64,000 nt of DNA, taken from Lingula anatina. Lineage: Eukaryota; Animalia; Brachiopoda. Shown one piece after another: positions 36,883-51,800 of the stretch; the stretch's first letter is position 1, and each line of letters starts with the position of its first letter. The notes beneath the pieces were generated by a model that saw nothing but the letters and a program-made list of their open reading frames with translations, searched no databases and was not told where the DNA came from. The stretch spans positions 23,938,401 to 24,002,400 of the forward strand of contig CM120641.1 in the NCBI GenBank assembly GCA_051362555.1, written 5' to 3'. The translations under genes and the position numbers were made by a program.

Positions 36883-39800
36883 TTAATAAAGATACAACCA
36901 CTCTTTCAGTACTTTACCCTCACTACAAATGACCAAACACACCTACCTGACACAATATTGAAGAAAAAAAATTTTTCATCCCTACCTGGCCAAAATTGAA
37001 GAAAACTGCCATATCCGGACCTTACAAAAATCACTCAAAATCACCCAAAAATGACCCGTCACCAATTTTTCCAAAAAGTGATGAAAATCAATTTACCACA
37101 CATATCATTCATAAAAAATGTGGAAACGCACCCGGATCACTTCATTAAAGCCCCCAATTTCAGCTTTAAAGATTGCCAGAAAGCACACCTGAGAACAGGA
37201 TTTGGAGAGTGGGGGGGTGGAGAGAGTTTTTGCTCTATTTCTTCCTTACTAATGATACAACCACTCTTTCAGTACTTTACCCTCACTACAAATGACCAAA
37301 CACACCTACCTGACACAATATTGAAGAAAAAAAATTTTCATCCCTACCTGGCCAAAATTGAAGAAAACTGCCATATCCGGACCTTACGAAAATCACTCAA
37401 ATTCACCCAAAAATGACCCGTCACCAATTTTTCCAAAAAGTGATGAAAATCAATTTACCACACCTATCATTCATAAAAAATGTGGAAACCCGCCCGGATC
37501 ACTACATTAAAGCCCCCAATTTCAGCTTTAAAGATTGCAAGAAAGCACACCTGAGAACAGGATTTGGAGAGGGGGGGGGGGGTGGAGAGAGTTTTTGCTC
37601 TATTTCTTCCTTAATAATGATACAACCACTCTTTCAGTACTTTACCCTCACTACAAATGACCAAACACACCTACCTGACACAATATTGAAGAAAAAAAAT
37701 TTTCATCCCTACCTGGCCAAAATTGAAGAAAACTGCCATATCCGGACCTTACGAAAATCACTCAAAATCAACCAAAAATGACCCGTCACCAATTTTTCCA
37801 AAAAGTGATGAAAATCAATTTACCACACCTATCATTCATAAAAAATGTGGAAACGTGCCCAGATAACTTCATTAAAGCCCCCAATTTCAGCTTTAAAGAT
37901 TGCCAGAAAGCACACCTGAGAACAGGATTTGGAGAGGGGGGGGGGGTGGAGAAAGATTTTGCTCTATTTCTTCCTTAATAATGATACAACCACTCTTTCA
38001 GTACCTTACCCTCACTACAAATGACCAAACACACCTACCTGACACAATATTGAAGAAAAAAATTTTTCATCCCTACCTGGCCAAAATTGAAGAAAACTGC
38101 CAAACCCGGACCTTACGAAAATCACTCAAAATCACCCAAAAATGACCCGTCACAAATTTTTCCAAAAAGTTATGAAAATCAATTAACCACACCTATCATT
38201 CATAAAAAATGTGGAAACGCGCCCGGATCACTACATTAAAGCCCCCAATTTCAGCTTTAAAGATTGCAAGAAAGCACACCTGAGAACAGGATTTGGAGAG
38301 GGGGGGGTGGAGAGAGTTTTTGCTCTATTTCTTCCTTAATAATGATACAACCACTCTTTCAGTACTTTACCCTCACTACAAATGACCAAACACACCAACC
38401 TGACACAATATTGAAGAAAAAAAATTTTCATCCCTACCTGGCCAAAATTGAAGAAAACTGCCATATCCGGACCTTACGAAAATCACTCAAATTCACCCAA
38501 AAATGACCCGTCACCAATTTTTCCAAAAAGTGATGAAAATCAATTTACCACACCTATCATTCATAAAAAATGTGGAAACGCGCCCGGATCCCTTCATTAA
38601 AGCCCCCAATTTCAGCTTTAAAGATTGCCAGAAAGCACACCTGAGAACAGGATTTGGAGAGGGGGGGGTGGAGAGAGTTTTTGCTCTATTTCTTCCTTAA
38701 TAATGATACAACCACTCTTTCAGTACTTTACCCTCACTACAAATGACCAAACACACCTACCTGACACAATGTTGAAGAAAAAAATTTTTCATCCCTACCT
38801 GGCCAAAATTGAAGAAAACTGCCATATCCGGACCTTACGAAAATCACTCAAAATCACCCAAAAATGACCCGTGACAAATTTTTCCAAAAAGTTATGAAAA
38901 TCAATTTACCACACCTATCATTCATAAAAAATGTGGAAACGCACCCGGATCACTTCATTAAAGCCCCCAATTTCAGCTTTAAAGATTGCAAGAAAGCACA
39001 CCTGAGAACAGGATTTGGAGAGGGGGGGGTGGAGAGAGTTTTTGCTCTATTTCTTCCTTAATAATGATACAACCACTCTTTCAGTACTTTACCCTCACTA
39101 CAAATGACCAAACACACCTACCTGACACAATATTGAAGAAAAAAATTTTTCATCCCTACCTGGCCAAAATTGAAGAAAACTGCCATATCCGGACCTTACG
39201 AAAATCACTCAAAATCACCCAAAAATGACCCGTCACAAATTTTTCCAAAATGAAAATCAATTTACCACACCTATCATTCATAAAAAATGTGGAAATGCGC
39301 CCGGATCACTACATTAAAGCCCCCAATTTCAGCTTTAAAGATTGCCAGAAAGCACACCTGAGAACAGGATTTGGAGGGGGGGGGGTGGAGAGAGTTTTTG
39401 CTCTATTTCTTCCTTAATAATGATACAACCACTCTTTCAGTACTTTACCCTCACTACAAATGACCAAACACACCTACCTGACACAATGTTGAAGAAAAAC
39501 ATTTTTCATCCCTACCTGGCCAAAATTGAAGAAAACTGCCATATCCGGACCTTACGAAAATCACTTAAAATCACCCAAAAATGACCCGTCACAAATTTTT
39601 CCAAAAAGTTATGAAAATCAATTTACCCCACCTATCATTCAAAAAAAATATGGAAACGCGCCCGGATCACTTCATTAAAGCCCCCAATTTCAGCTTTAAA
39701 GATTGCCAGAAAGCACACCTGAGAACAGGATTTGGAGAGTGGGGGGTGGAGAGAGTTTTTGCTCTATTTCTTCCTTAATAATGATACAACCACTCTTTCA

Positions 39801-42800
39801 GTACCTTACCCTCACTACAAATGACCAAACACACCTACCTGACACAATATTGAAGAAAAAAATTTTTCATCCCTACCTGGCCAAAATTGAAGAAAACTGC
39901 CATATCCGGACCTTACGAAAATCACTCAAATTCACCCAAAAATGACCCGTCACCAATTTTTCCAAAAAGTGATGAAAATCAATTTACCACACCTATCATT
40001 CATAAAAAATGTGGAAACGCGCCCGGATCACTACATTAAAGCCCCCAATTTCAGCTTTAAAGATTGCAAGAAAGCACACCTGAGAACAGGATTTGGAGAG
40101 GGGGGGGTGGAGAGAGTTTTTGCTCTATTTCTTCCTTAATAATGATACAACCACTCTTTCAGTACTTTACCCTCACTACAAATGACCAAACACACCTACC
40201 TGACACAATATTGAAGAAAAAAAATTTTCATCCCTACCTGGCCAAAACTGAAGAAAACTCCCATATCCGGACCTTACGAAAATCACTCAAAATCACCCAA
40301 AAATGACCCGTCACAAATTTTTCCAAAAAGTGATGAAAATCAATTTACCACACATATCATTCATAAAAAATGTGGAAACGCGCCCGGATCACTTCATTAA
40401 AGCCCCCAATTTCAGCTTTAAAGATTGCCAGAAAGCACACCTGAGAACAGGATTTGGAGAGTGGGGGGGTGGAGAGAGTTTTTGCTCTATTTCTTCCTTA
40501 CTAATGATACAACCACTCTTTCAGTACTTTACCCTCACTACAAATGACCAAACACACCTACCTGACAAAATATTGAAGAAAAACATTTTTCATCCCTACC
40601 TGGCCAAAATTGAAGAAAACTGCCATATCCGGACCTTACGAAAATCACTCAAAATCACCCAAAAATGACCCGTCACAAATTTTTCCAAAAAGTTATGAAA
40701 ATCAATTTACCACACCTATCATTCATAAAAAATGTGGAAACGCGCCCGGATCACTTCATTAAAGCCCCCAATTTCAGCTTTAAAGATTGCCAGAAAGCAC
40801 ACCTGAGAACAGGATTTGGAGAGGGGGGGGGGGTGGAGAGAGTTTTTGCTCTATTTCTTCCTTAATAAAGATACAACCACTCTTTCAGTACTTTACCCTC
40901 ACTACAAATGACCAAACACACCTACCTGACACAATATTGAAGAAAAAAAATTTTTCATCCCTACCTGGCCAAAATTGAAGAAAACTGCCATATCCGGACC
41001 TTACAAAAATCACTCAAAATCACCCAAAAATGACCCGTCACCAATTTTTCCAAAAAGTGATGAAAATCAATTTACCACACATATCATTCATAAAAAATGT
41101 GGAAACGCACCCGGATCACTTCATTAAAGCCCCCAATTTCAGCTTTAAAGATTGCCAGAAAGCACACCTGAGAACAGGATTTGGAGAGTGGGGGGGTGGA
41201 GAGAGTTTTTGCTCTATTTCTTCCTTACTAATGATACAACCACTCTTTCAGTACTTTACCCTCACTACAAATGACCAAACACACCTACCTGACACAATAT
41301 TGAAGAAAAAAAATTTTCATCCCTACCTGGCCAAAATTGAAGAAAACTGCCATATCCGGACCTTACGAAAATCACTCAAATTCACCCAAAAATGACCCGT
41401 CACCAATTTTTCCAAAAAGTGATGAAAATCAATTTACCACACCTATCATTCATAAAAAATGTGGAAACCCGCCCGGATCACTACATTAAAGCCCCCAATT
41501 TCAGCTTTAAAGATTGCAAGAAAGCACACCTGAGAACAGGATTTGGAGAGGGGGGGGGGGTGGAGAGAGTTTTTGCTCTATTTCTTCCTTAATAATGATA
41601 CAACCACTCTTTCAGTACTTTACCCTCACTACAAATGACCAAACACACCTACCTGACACAATATTGAAGAAAAAAAATTTTCATCCCTACCTGGCCAAAA
41701 TTGAAGAAAACTGCCATATCCGGACCTTACGAAAATCACTCAAAATCAACCAAAAATGACCCGTCACCAATTTTTCCAAAAAGTTATGAAAATCAATTTA
41801 CCACACCTATCATTCATAAAAAATGTGGAAACGTGCCCAGATAACTTCATTAAAGCCCCCAATTTCAGCTTTAAAGATTGCCAGAAAGCACACCTGAGAA
41901 CAGGATTTGGAGAGGGGGGGGGGTGGAGAAAGATTTTGCTCTATTTCTTCCTTAATAATGATACAACCACTCTTTCAGTACCTTACCCTCACTACAAATG
42001 ACCAAACACACCTACCTGACACAATATTGAAGAAAAAAATTTTTCATCCCTACCTGGCCAAAATTGAAGAAAACTGCCAAACCCGGACCTTACGAAAATC
42101 ACTCAAAATCACCCAAAAATGACCCGTCACAAATTTTTCCAAAAAATTATGAAAATCAATTAACCACACCTATCATTCATAAAAAATGTGGAAACGCGCC
42201 CGGATCACTACATTAAAGCCCCCAATTTCAGCTTTAAAGATTGCAAGAAAGCACACCTGAGAACAGGATTTGGAGAGGGGGGGGTGGAGAGAGTTTTTGC
42301 TCTATTTCTTCCTTAATAATGATACAACCACTCTTTCAGTACTTTACCCTCACTACAAATGACCAAACACACCAACCTGACACAATATTGAAGAAAAAAA
42401 ATTTTCATCCCTACCTGGCCAAAATTGAAGAAAACTGCCATATCCGGACCTTACGAAAATCACTCAAATTCACCCAAAAATGACCCGTCACCAATTTTTC
42501 CAAAAAGTGATGAAAATCAATTTACCACACCTATCATTCATAAAAAATGTGGAAACGCGCCCGGATCCCTTCATTAAAGCCCCCAATTTCAGCTTTAAAG
42601 ATTGCCAGAAAGCACACCTGAGAACAGGATTTGGAGAGGGGGGGGTGGAGAGAGTTTTTGCTCTATTTCTTCCTTAATAATGATACAACCACTCTTTCAG
42701 TACTTTACCCTCACTACAAATGACCAAACACACCTACCTGACACAATGTTGAAGAAAAAAATTTTTCATCCCTACCTGGCCAAAATTGAAGAAAACTGCC

Positions 42801-45800
42801 ATATCCGGACCTTACGAAAATCACTCAAAATCACCCAAAAATGACCCGTGACAAATTTTTCCAAAAAGTTATGAAAATCAATTTACCACACCTATCATTC
42901 ATAAAAAATGTGGAAACGCACCCGGATCACTTCATTAAAGCCCCCAATTTCAGCTTTAAAGATTGCAAGAAAGCACACCTGAGAACAGGATTTGGAGAGG
43001 GGGGGGGTGGAGAGAGTTTTTGCTCTATTTCTTCCTTAATAATGATACAACCACTCTTTCAGTACTTTACCCTCACTACAAATGACCAAACACACCTACC
43101 TGACACAATATTGAAGAAAAAAATTTTTCATCCCTACCTGGCCAAAATTGAAGAAAACTGCCATATCCGGACCTTACGAAAATCACTCAAAATCACCCAA
43201 AAATGACCCGTCACCAATTTTTCCAAAAAGTGATGAAAATCAATTTACCACACCTATCATTCATAAAAAATGTGGAAACGCGCCCGGATCACTACATTAA
43301 AGCCCCCAATTTCAGCTTTAAAGATTGCCAGAAAGCACACCTGAGAACAGGATTTGGAGGGGGGGGGGTGGAGAGAGTTTTTGCTCTATTTCTTCCTTAA
43401 TAATGATACAACCACTCTTTCAGTACTTTACCCTCACTACAAATGACCAAACACACCTACCTGACACAATATTGAAGAAAAAAATTTTTCATCCGTACCT
43501 GGCCAAAATTGAAGAAAACTGCCATATCCGGACCTTACGAAAATCACTCAAATTCACCCAAAAATGACCCGTCACAAATTTTTCCAAAAAGTGATGAAAA
43601 TCAATTTACCACACCTATCATTCATAAAAAATGTGGAAATGCGCCCGGATCACTACATTAAAGCCTCCAATTTCAGCTTTAAAGATTGCAAGAAAGCACA
43701 CCTGAGAACAGGATTTGGAGAGGGGGGGGGGGTGGAGAAACATTTTGCTCTATTTCTTCCTTAATAATGATACAACCACTCTTTCAGTACCTTACCCTCA
43801 CTACAAATGACCAAACACACCTACCTGACACAATATTGAAGAAAAAAATTTTTCATCCCTACCTGGCCAAAATTGAAGAAAACTGCCATATCCGGACCTT
43901 ACGAAAATCACTCAAAATCACCCAAAAATGACCCATCACAAATTTTTCCAAAAAGTTATGAAAATCAATTTACCACACCTATCATTCATAAAAAATGTGG
44001 AAACGTGCCCGGATCACTACATTAAAGCCTCCAATTTCAGCTTTAAAGATTGCAAGAAAGCACACCTGAGAACAGGATTTGGAGAGGGGGGGGGTGGAGA
44101 AACATTTTGCTCTATTTCTTCCTTAATAATGATACAACCACTCTTTCAGTACCTTACCCTCACTACAAATGACCAAACACACCTACCTGACACAATATTG
44201 AAGAAAAAAATTTTTCATCCCTACCTGGCCAAAATTGAAGAAAACTGCCAAACCCGGACCTTACGAAAATCACTCAAAATCACCCAAAAATGACCCGTCA
44301 CAAATTTTTCCAAAAAGTGATGAAAATCAATTTACCACACCTATCATTCATAAAAAATGTGGAAATGCGCCCAGATCACTACATTAAAGCCCCCAATTTC
44401 AGCTTTAAAGATTGCAAGAAAGCACACCTGAGAACAGGATTTGGAGAGGGGGGGGGGGGTGGAGAGAGTTTTTGCTCTATTTCTTCCTTAATAATGATAC
44501 AACCACTCTTTCAGTACTTTACCCTCACTACAAATGACCAAACACACCTACCTGACACAATGTTGAAGAAAAACATTTTTCATCCCTACCTGGCCAAAAT
44601 TGAAGAAAACTGCCATATCCGGACCTTACGAAAATCACTCAAAATCACCCAAAAATGACCCGTCACAAATTTTTCCAAAAAGTGATGAAAATCAATTTAC
44701 CCCACCTATCATTCAAAAAAAATATGGAAACGCGCCCGGATCACTACATTAAAGCCCCCAATTTCAGCTTTAAAGATTGCAAGAAAGCACACCTGAGAAC
44801 AGGATTTGGAGAGGGGGGGGTGGAGAGAGTTTTTGCTCTATTTCTTCCTTAATAATGATACAACCACTCTTTCAGTACTTTACCCTCACTACAAATGACC
44901 AAACACACCTACCTGACACAATATTGAAGAAAAACATTTTTCATCCCTACCTGGCCAAAATTGAAGAAAACTGCCATATCCAGACCTTACGAAAATCACT
45001 CAAAATCACCCAAAAATGACCCGTCACAAATTTTTCCAAAAAGTTATGAAAATCAATTTACCACACCTATCATTCATAAAAAATGTGGAAACGCGCCCGG
45101 ATCACTTCATTAAAGCCCCCAATTTCAGCTTTAAAGATTGCCAGAAAGCACACCTGAGAACAGGATTTGGAGAGGGGGGGGGTGGAGAGAGTTTTTGCTC
45201 TATTTCTTCCTTAATAATGATACAACCACTCTTTCAGTACCTTACCCTCACTACAAATGACCAAACACACCTACCTGACACAATATTGAAGAAAAAAATT
45301 TTTCATCCCTACCTGGCCAAAATTGAAGAAAACTGCCATATCCGGACCTTACGAAAATCACTCAAATTCACCCAAAAATGACCCGTCACCAATTTTTCCA
45401 AAAAGTGATGAAAATCAATTTACCACACCTATCATTCATAAAAAATGTGGAAACGCGCCCGGATCACTACATTAAAGCCCCCAATTTCAGCTTTAAAGAT
45501 TGCAAGAAAGCACACCTGAGAACAGGATTTGGAGAGGGGGGGGTGGAGAGAGTTTTTGCTCTATTTCTTCCTTAATAATGATACAACCACTCTTTCAGTA
45601 CTTTACCCTCACTACAAATGACCAAACACACCTACCTGACACAATATTGAAGAAAAAAATTTTTCATCCCTACCTGGCCAAAATTGAAGAAAACTGCCAT
45701 ATCCGGACCTTACGAAAATCACTCAAATTCACCCAAAAATGACCCGTCACCAATTTTTCCAAAAAGTGATGAAAATCAATTTACCACACCTATCATTCAT

Positions 45801-48800
45801 AAAAAATGTGGAAACGCGCCCGGATCACTACATTAAAGCCCCCAATTTCAGCTTTAAAGATTGCAAGAAAGCACACCTGAGAACAGGATTTGGAGAGGGG
45901 GGGGGTGGAGAGAGTTTTTGCTCTATTTCTTCCTTAATAATGATACAACCACTCTTTCAGTACTTTACCCTCACTACAAATGACCAAACACACCTACCTG
46001 ACACAATATTGAAGAAAAAAATTTTTCATCCCTACCTGGCCAAAATTGAAGAAAACTGCCATATCCGGACCTTACGAAAATCACTCAAAATCAACCAAAA
46101 ATGACCCGTCACCAATTTTTCCAAAAAGTGATGAAAATCAATTTACCACACCTATCATTCATAAAAAATGTGGAAACTTGCCCAGATAACTTCATTAAAG
46201 CCCCCAATTTCAGCTTTAAAGATTGCCAGAAAGCACACCTGAGAACAGGATTTGGAGAGGGGGGGGGGGGGGTGGAGAGAGTTTTTGCTCTATTTCTTCC
46301 TTAATAATGATACAACCACTCTTTCAGTACTTTACCCTCACTACAAATGACCAAACACACCTACCTGACACAATATTGAAGAAAAAAATTTTTCATCCCT
46401 ACCTGGCCAAAATTGAAGAAAACTGCCATATCCGGACCTTACGAAAATCACTCAAAATCACCCAAAAATGACCCGTCACAAATTTTTCCAAAAAGTTATG
46501 AAAATCAATTTACCACACCTATCATTCATAAAAAATGTGGAAACGCGCCCGGATCCCTTCATTAAAGCCCCCAATTTCAGCTTTAAAGATTGCCAGAAAA
46601 CACCTGAGAACAGGATTTGGAGAGGGGGGGGTGGAGAGAGTTTTTGCTCTATTTCTTCCTTAATAATGATACAACCACTCTTTCAGTACTTTACCCTCAC
46701 TACAAATGACCAAACACACCTACCTGACACAATATTGAAGAAAAACATTTTTCATCCCTACCTGGCCAAAATTGAAGAAAACTGCCATATCCAGACCTTA
46801 CGAAAATCACTCAAAATCACCCAAAAATGACCCGTCACAAATTTTTCCAAAAAGTTATGAAAATCAATTTACCACACCTATCATTCATAAAAAATGTGGA
46901 AACGCGCCCGGATCACTTCATTAAAGCCCCCAATTTCAGCTTTAAAGATTGCCAGAAAGCACACCTGAGAACAGGATTTGGAGAGTGGGGGGGTGGAGAG
47001 AGTTTTTGCTCTATTTCTTCCTTACTAATGATACAACCACTCTTTCAGTACTTTACCCTCACTACAAATGACCAAACACACCTACCTGACACAATATTGA
47101 AGAAAAAAAATTTTCATCCCTACCTGGCCAAAATTGAAGAAAACTGCCATATCCGGACCTTACGAAAATCACTCAAATTCACCCAAAAATGACCCGTCAC
47201 CAATTTTTCCAAAAAGTGATGAAAATCAATTTACCACACCTATCATTCATAAAAAATGTGGAAACCCGCCCGGATCACTACATTAAAGCCCCCAATTTCA
47301 GCTTTAAAGATTGCAAGAAAGCACACCTGAGAACAGGATTTGGAGAGGGGGGGGGTGGAGAGAGTTTTTGCTCTATTTCTTCCTTAATAATGATACAACC
47401 ACTCTTTCAGTACTTTACCCTCACTACAAATGACCAAACACACCTACCTGACACAATATTGAAGAAAAAAATTTTTCATCCCTACCTGGCCAAAATTGAA
47501 GAAAACTGCCATATCCGGACCTTACGAAAATCACTCAAATTCACCCAAAAATGACCCGTCACCAATTTTTCCAAAAAGTGATGAAAATCAATTTACCACA
47601 CCTATCATTCATAAAAAATGTGGAAACGTGCCCAGATAACTTCATTAAAGCCCCCAATTTCAGCTTTAAAGATTGCCAGAAAGCACACCTGAGAACAGGA
47701 TTTGGAGAGGGGGGGGTGGAGAGAGTTTTTGCTCTATTTCTTCCTTAATAATGATACAACCACTCTTTCAGTACTTTACCCTCACTACAAATGACCAAAC
47801 ACACCTACCTGACACAATATTGAAGAAAAAAATTTTTCATCCCTACCTGGCCAAAATTGAAGAAAACTGCCATATCCGGACCTTACGAAAATCACTCAAA
47901 ATCACCCAAAAATGACCCGTCACAAATTTTTCCAAACAGTGATGAAAATCAATTTACCACACCTATCATTCATAAAAAATGTGGAAACGCGCCCGGATCA
48001 CTACATTAAAGCCTCCAATTTCAGCTTTAAAGATTGCAAGAAAGCACACCTGAGAACAGGATTTGGAGAGGGGGGGGTGGAGAAACATTTTGCTCTATTT
48101 CTTCCTTAATAATGATACAACCACTCTTTCAGTACCTTACCCTCACTACAAATGACCAAACACACCTACCTGACACAATATTGAAGAAAAAAATTTTTCA
48201 TCCCTACCTGGCCAAAATTGAAGAAAACTGCCATATCCGGACCTTACGAAAATCACTCAAATTCACCCAAAAATGACCCGTCACCAATTTTTCCAAAAAG
48301 TGATGAAAATCAATTTACCACACCTATCATTCATAAAAAATGTGGAAACGCGCCCGGATCACTACATTAAAGCCCCCAATTTCAGCTTTAAAGATTGCAA
48401 GAAAGCACACCTGAGAACAGGATTTGGAGAGGGGGGGGTGGAGAGAGTTTTTGCTCTATTTCTTCCTTAATAATGATACAACCACTCTTTCAGTACTTTA
48501 CCCTCACTACAAATGACCAAACACACCTACCTGACACAATATTGAAGAAAAAAATTTTTCATCCCTACCTGGCCAAAATTGAAGAAAACTGCCATATCCG
48601 GACCTTACGAAAATCACTCAAAATCAACCAAAAATGACCCGTCACCAATTTTTCCAAAAAGTGATGAAAATCAATTTACCACACCTATCATTCATAAAAA
48701 ATGTGGAAACTTGCCCAGATAACTTCATTAAAGCCCCCAATTTCAGCTTTAAAGATTGCCAGAAAGCACACCTGAGAACAGGATTTGGAGAGGGGGGGGG

Positions 48801-51800
48801 GGGGTGGAGAGAGTTTTTGCTCTATTTCTTCCTTAATAATGATACAACCACTCTTTCAGTACTTTACCCTCACTACAAATGACCAAACACACCTACCTGA
48901 CACAATATTGAAGAAAAAAATTTTTCATCCCTACCTGGCCAAAATTGAAGAAAACTGCCATATCCGGACCTTACGAAAATCACTCAAAATCACCCAAAAA
49001 TGACCCGTCACAAATTTTTCCAAAAAGTTATGAAAATCAATTTACCACACCTATCATTCATAAAAAATGTGGAAACGCGCCCGGATCCCTTCATTAAAGC
49101 CCCCAATTTCAGCTTTAAAGATTGCCAGAAAACACCTGAGAACAGGATTTGGAGAGGGGGGGGTGGAGAGAGTTTTTGCTCTATTTCTTCCTTAATAATG
49201 ATACAACCACTCTTTCAGTACTTTACCCTCACTACAAATGACCAAACACACCTACCTGACACAATGTTGAAGAAAAAAATTTTTCATCCCTACCTGGCCA
49301 AAATTGAAGAAAACTGCCATATCCGGACCTTACGAAAATCACTCAAAATCACCCAAAAATGACCCGTGACAAATTTTTCCAAAAAGTTATGAAAATCAAT
49401 TTACCACACCTATCATTCATAAAAAATGTGGAAACGCACCCGGATCACTTCATTAAAGCCCCCAATTTCAGCTTTAAAGATTGCAAGAAAGCACACCTGA
49501 GAACAGGATTTGGAGAGGGGGGGGGGGTGGAGAGAGTTTTTGCTCTATTTCTTCCTTAATAATGATACAACCACTCTTTCAGTACTTTACCCTCACTACA
49601 AATGACCAAACACACCTACCTGACACAATATTGAAGAAAAAAAAATTTTCATCCCTACCTGGCCAAAATTGAAGAAAACTGCCATATCAGGACCTTACGA
49701 AAATCACTCAAAATCACCCAAAAATGACCCGTCACAAATTTTTCCAAAAAGTGATGAAAATCAATTTACCACACCTATCATTCATAAAAAATGTGGAAAC
49801 GCGCCCGGATCACTACATTAAAGCCTCCAATTTCAGCTTTAAAGATTGCAAGAAAGCACACCTGAGAACAGGATTTGGAGAGGGGGGGGGGTGGAGAAAG
49901 ATTTTGCTCTATTTCTTCCTTAATAATGATACAACCACTCTTTCAGTACCTTACCCTCACTACAAATGACCAAACACACGTACCTGACACAATATTGAAG
50001 AAAAAAATTTTTCATCCCTACCTGGCCAAAATTGAAGAAAACTGCCAAACCCGGACCTTACGAAAATCACTCAAAATCACCCAAAAAAGACCCGTCACAA
50101 ATTTTTCCAAAATGAAAATCAATTTACCACACCTATCATTCATAAAAAATGTGGAAATGCGCCCGGATCACTACATTAAAGCCCCCAATTTCAGCTTTAA
50201 AGATTGCCAGAAAGCACACCTGAGAACAGGATTTGGCGGGGGGGGGTGGAGAGAGTTTTTGCTCTATTTCTTCCTTACTAATGATACAACCACTCTTTCA
50301 GTACTTTACCCTCACTACAAATGACCAAACACACCTACCTGACACAATATTGAAGAAAAAAATTTTTCATCCCTACCTGGCCAAAATTGAAGAAAACTGC
50401 CATATCCGGACCTTACGAAAATCACTCAAATTCACCCAAAAATGACCCGTCACCAATTTTTCCAAAAAGTGATAAAAATCAATTTACCACACCTATCATT
50501 CATAAAAAATGTGGAAACGCGCCCGGATCACTACATTAAAGCCCCCAATTTCAGCTTTAAAGATTGCAAGAAAGCACACCTGAGAACAGGATTTGGAGAG
50601 GGGGGGGGGTGGAGAGAGTTTTTGCTCTATTTCTTCCTTAATAATGATACAACCACTCTTTCAGTACTTTACCCTCACTACAAATGACCAAACACACCTA
50701 CCTGACACAATATTGAAGAAAAAAATTTTTCATCCCTACCTGGCCAAAATTGAAGAAAACTGCCATATCCGGACCTTACGAAAATCACTCAAAATCACCC
50801 AAAAATGACCCGTCACCAATTTTTCCAAAAAGTGATGAAAATCAATTTACCACACCTATCATTCATAAAAAATGTGGAAACGCGCCCGGATCACTACATT
50901 AAAGCCCCCAATTTCAGCTTTAAAGATTGCCAGAAAGCACACCTGAGAACAGGATTTGGAGGGGGGGGGGGGTGGAGAGAGTTTTTGCTCTATTTCTTCC
51001 TTAATAATGATACAACCACTCTTTCAGTACTTTACCCTCACTACAAATGACCAAACACACCTACCTGACACAATATTGAAGAAAAAAATTTTTCATCCGT
51101 ACCTGGCCAAAATTGAAGAAAACTGCCATATCCGGACCTTACGAAAATCACTCAAATTCACCCAAAAATGACCCGTCACCAATTTTTCCAAAAAGTGATG
51201 AAAATCAATTTACCACACCTATCATTCATAAAAAATGTGGAAACGCGCCCGGATCACTACATTAAAGCCCCCAATTTCAGCTTTAAAGATTGCAAGAAAG
51301 CACACCTGAGAACAGGATTTGGAGAGGGGGGGGGGGTGGAGAGAGTTTTTGCTCTATTTCTTCCTTAATAATGATACAACCACTCTTTCTATACTTTACC
51401 CTCACTACAAATGACCAAACACACCTACCTGACACAATATTGAAGAAAAAAATTTTTCATCCCTACCTGGCCAAAATTGAAGAAAACTGCCATATCCGGA
51501 CCTTACGAAAATCACTCAAAATCACCCAAAAATGACCCGTCACCAATTTTTCCAAAAAGTGATGAAAATCAATTTACCACACCTATCATTCATAAAAAAT
51601 GTGGAAACGTGCCCAGATAACTTCATTAAAGCCCCCAATTTCAGCTTTAAAGATTGCCAGAAAGCACACCTGAGAACAGGATTTGGCGGGGGGGGGGGGT
51701 GGAGAGAGTTTTTGCTCTATTTCTTCCTTAATAATGATACAACCACTCTTTCTATACTTTACCCTCACTACAAATGACCAAACACACCTACCTGACACAA

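Larger units (their letters stand above)
32448..43200 (+). repeat. 7-mer (2543 bp) and 11-mer (~3979 bp) higher-order blocks around the MITE
   Basis: Markers CAAAACTGAAG, CACATATC, GACAAAATATT, TAATAAAGAT and CACCAACCTG recur in three blocks. ORF sets: 32809/35352/40303 and 33538/37051/41030. Confidence 0.9.
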
